In this document: piece by piece, positions 63,836 to 64,000 of the stretch
Layout of the letters: each line of letters opens with the position of its first letter
How positions within the stretch are numbered: the stretch's first letter is position 1
The notes under the pieces: generated by a model
What the model was told of the DNA's origin: nothing
What the model saw: the letters and a program-made list of their open reading frames with translations, nothing else
Database searches by the model: none
Program-made: the position numbers and the translations under genes
NCBI GenBank assembly: GCA_963782485.1
Contig: CAWAJV010000007.1
Location: 596,677-660,676, forward strand
Length of the DNA stretch: 64,000 nt
Reading direction: 5' to 3'
Source: an uncultured Actinomycetota bacterium
GTDB lineage: Bacteria; Actinomycetota; Actinomycetes; Frankiales; Frankiaceae

Positions 63836-64000
63836 GTGTCGATCACGGCAGCTTCAGCATCGGATCGGGCAGGTTCGTCATCCCTCGCCTGCCCGTACTG
63901 CGCGGCGGATGTGCCGACCGCCGGCTTTGACGTCTGGCGCCATCAGCCCCGGCTAGCCACGGGCCGCTGCCCCGGCTGCGCCCGCGACATCACCGTTCCG
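63836..64000 (+). CDS. 5' fragment of a CDS with a Cys-x2-Cys ... Cys-x2-Cys zinc-ribbon-like N-terminus (continues past the window)
   Basis: Open GTG-initiated frame to the window end; CPYC ... CPGC. Weak. Confidence 0.2.
   Translation, partial: MSITAASASDRAGSSSLACPYCAADVPTAGFDVWRHQPRLATGRCPGCARDITVP

Overview
High-GC (about 70%+) actinobacterial chromosome segment, densely coding on both strands with frequent ATGA/GTGA start-stop overlaps. All product calls are from reading the translations; no database search was run.

Gene content, in order along the window:
- AurF-like diiron oxygenase with a MerR regulator, YceI, an FKBP lipoprotein, an AKR and SDR enzymes.
- A minus-strand operon encoding a secreted S/T-rich protein, an ApbE flavin transferase, a ferric-reductase-like haem membrane protein, a NuoF-like flavoprotein and a ferredoxin. 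It ends in an intrinsic terminator and is divergent from an OmpR-type two-component system. This is the most interesting candidate 'system': a possible transmembrane NADH-to-extracytoplasm electron-transfer module.
- A CBS-domain membrane protein, TerC, a PucR regulator, a GH15 glycosidase and a cluster of three envelope glycosyltransferases.
- A GGDEF-EAL protein, flotillin with an NfeD-like protein, and two MarR-controlled aromatic-catabolism-like units (amidohydrolases, cupin, MFS).
- A BBE-type FAD oxidase, a Pit phosphate transporter, a GntR/aldolase/GMC oxidoreductase unit with an overlapping Smr gene.
- A cobalamin riboswitch upstream of a BtuFCD-like ABC importer.
- A TetR-controlled P450 + Baeyer-Villiger monooxygenase operon.
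- A SoxR-centred redox mini-regulon (SDR, QueA-like, ABM monooxygenase).
- A GGDEF cyclase and a VIT-family transporter.

Non-genic signals:
- A roughly 62-bp dispersed repeat family: a 3.8-copy tandem array plus three single copies, all at gene boundaries.
- A 640-bp low-GC non-coding island with three perfect palindromes.
- Several operator-like palindromes in divergent promoters.
- Short coding tandem repeats.
- Six CDSs interrupted by single-nucleotide frameshifts whose contexts look like homopolymer-type sequencing errors rather than true pseudogenes.
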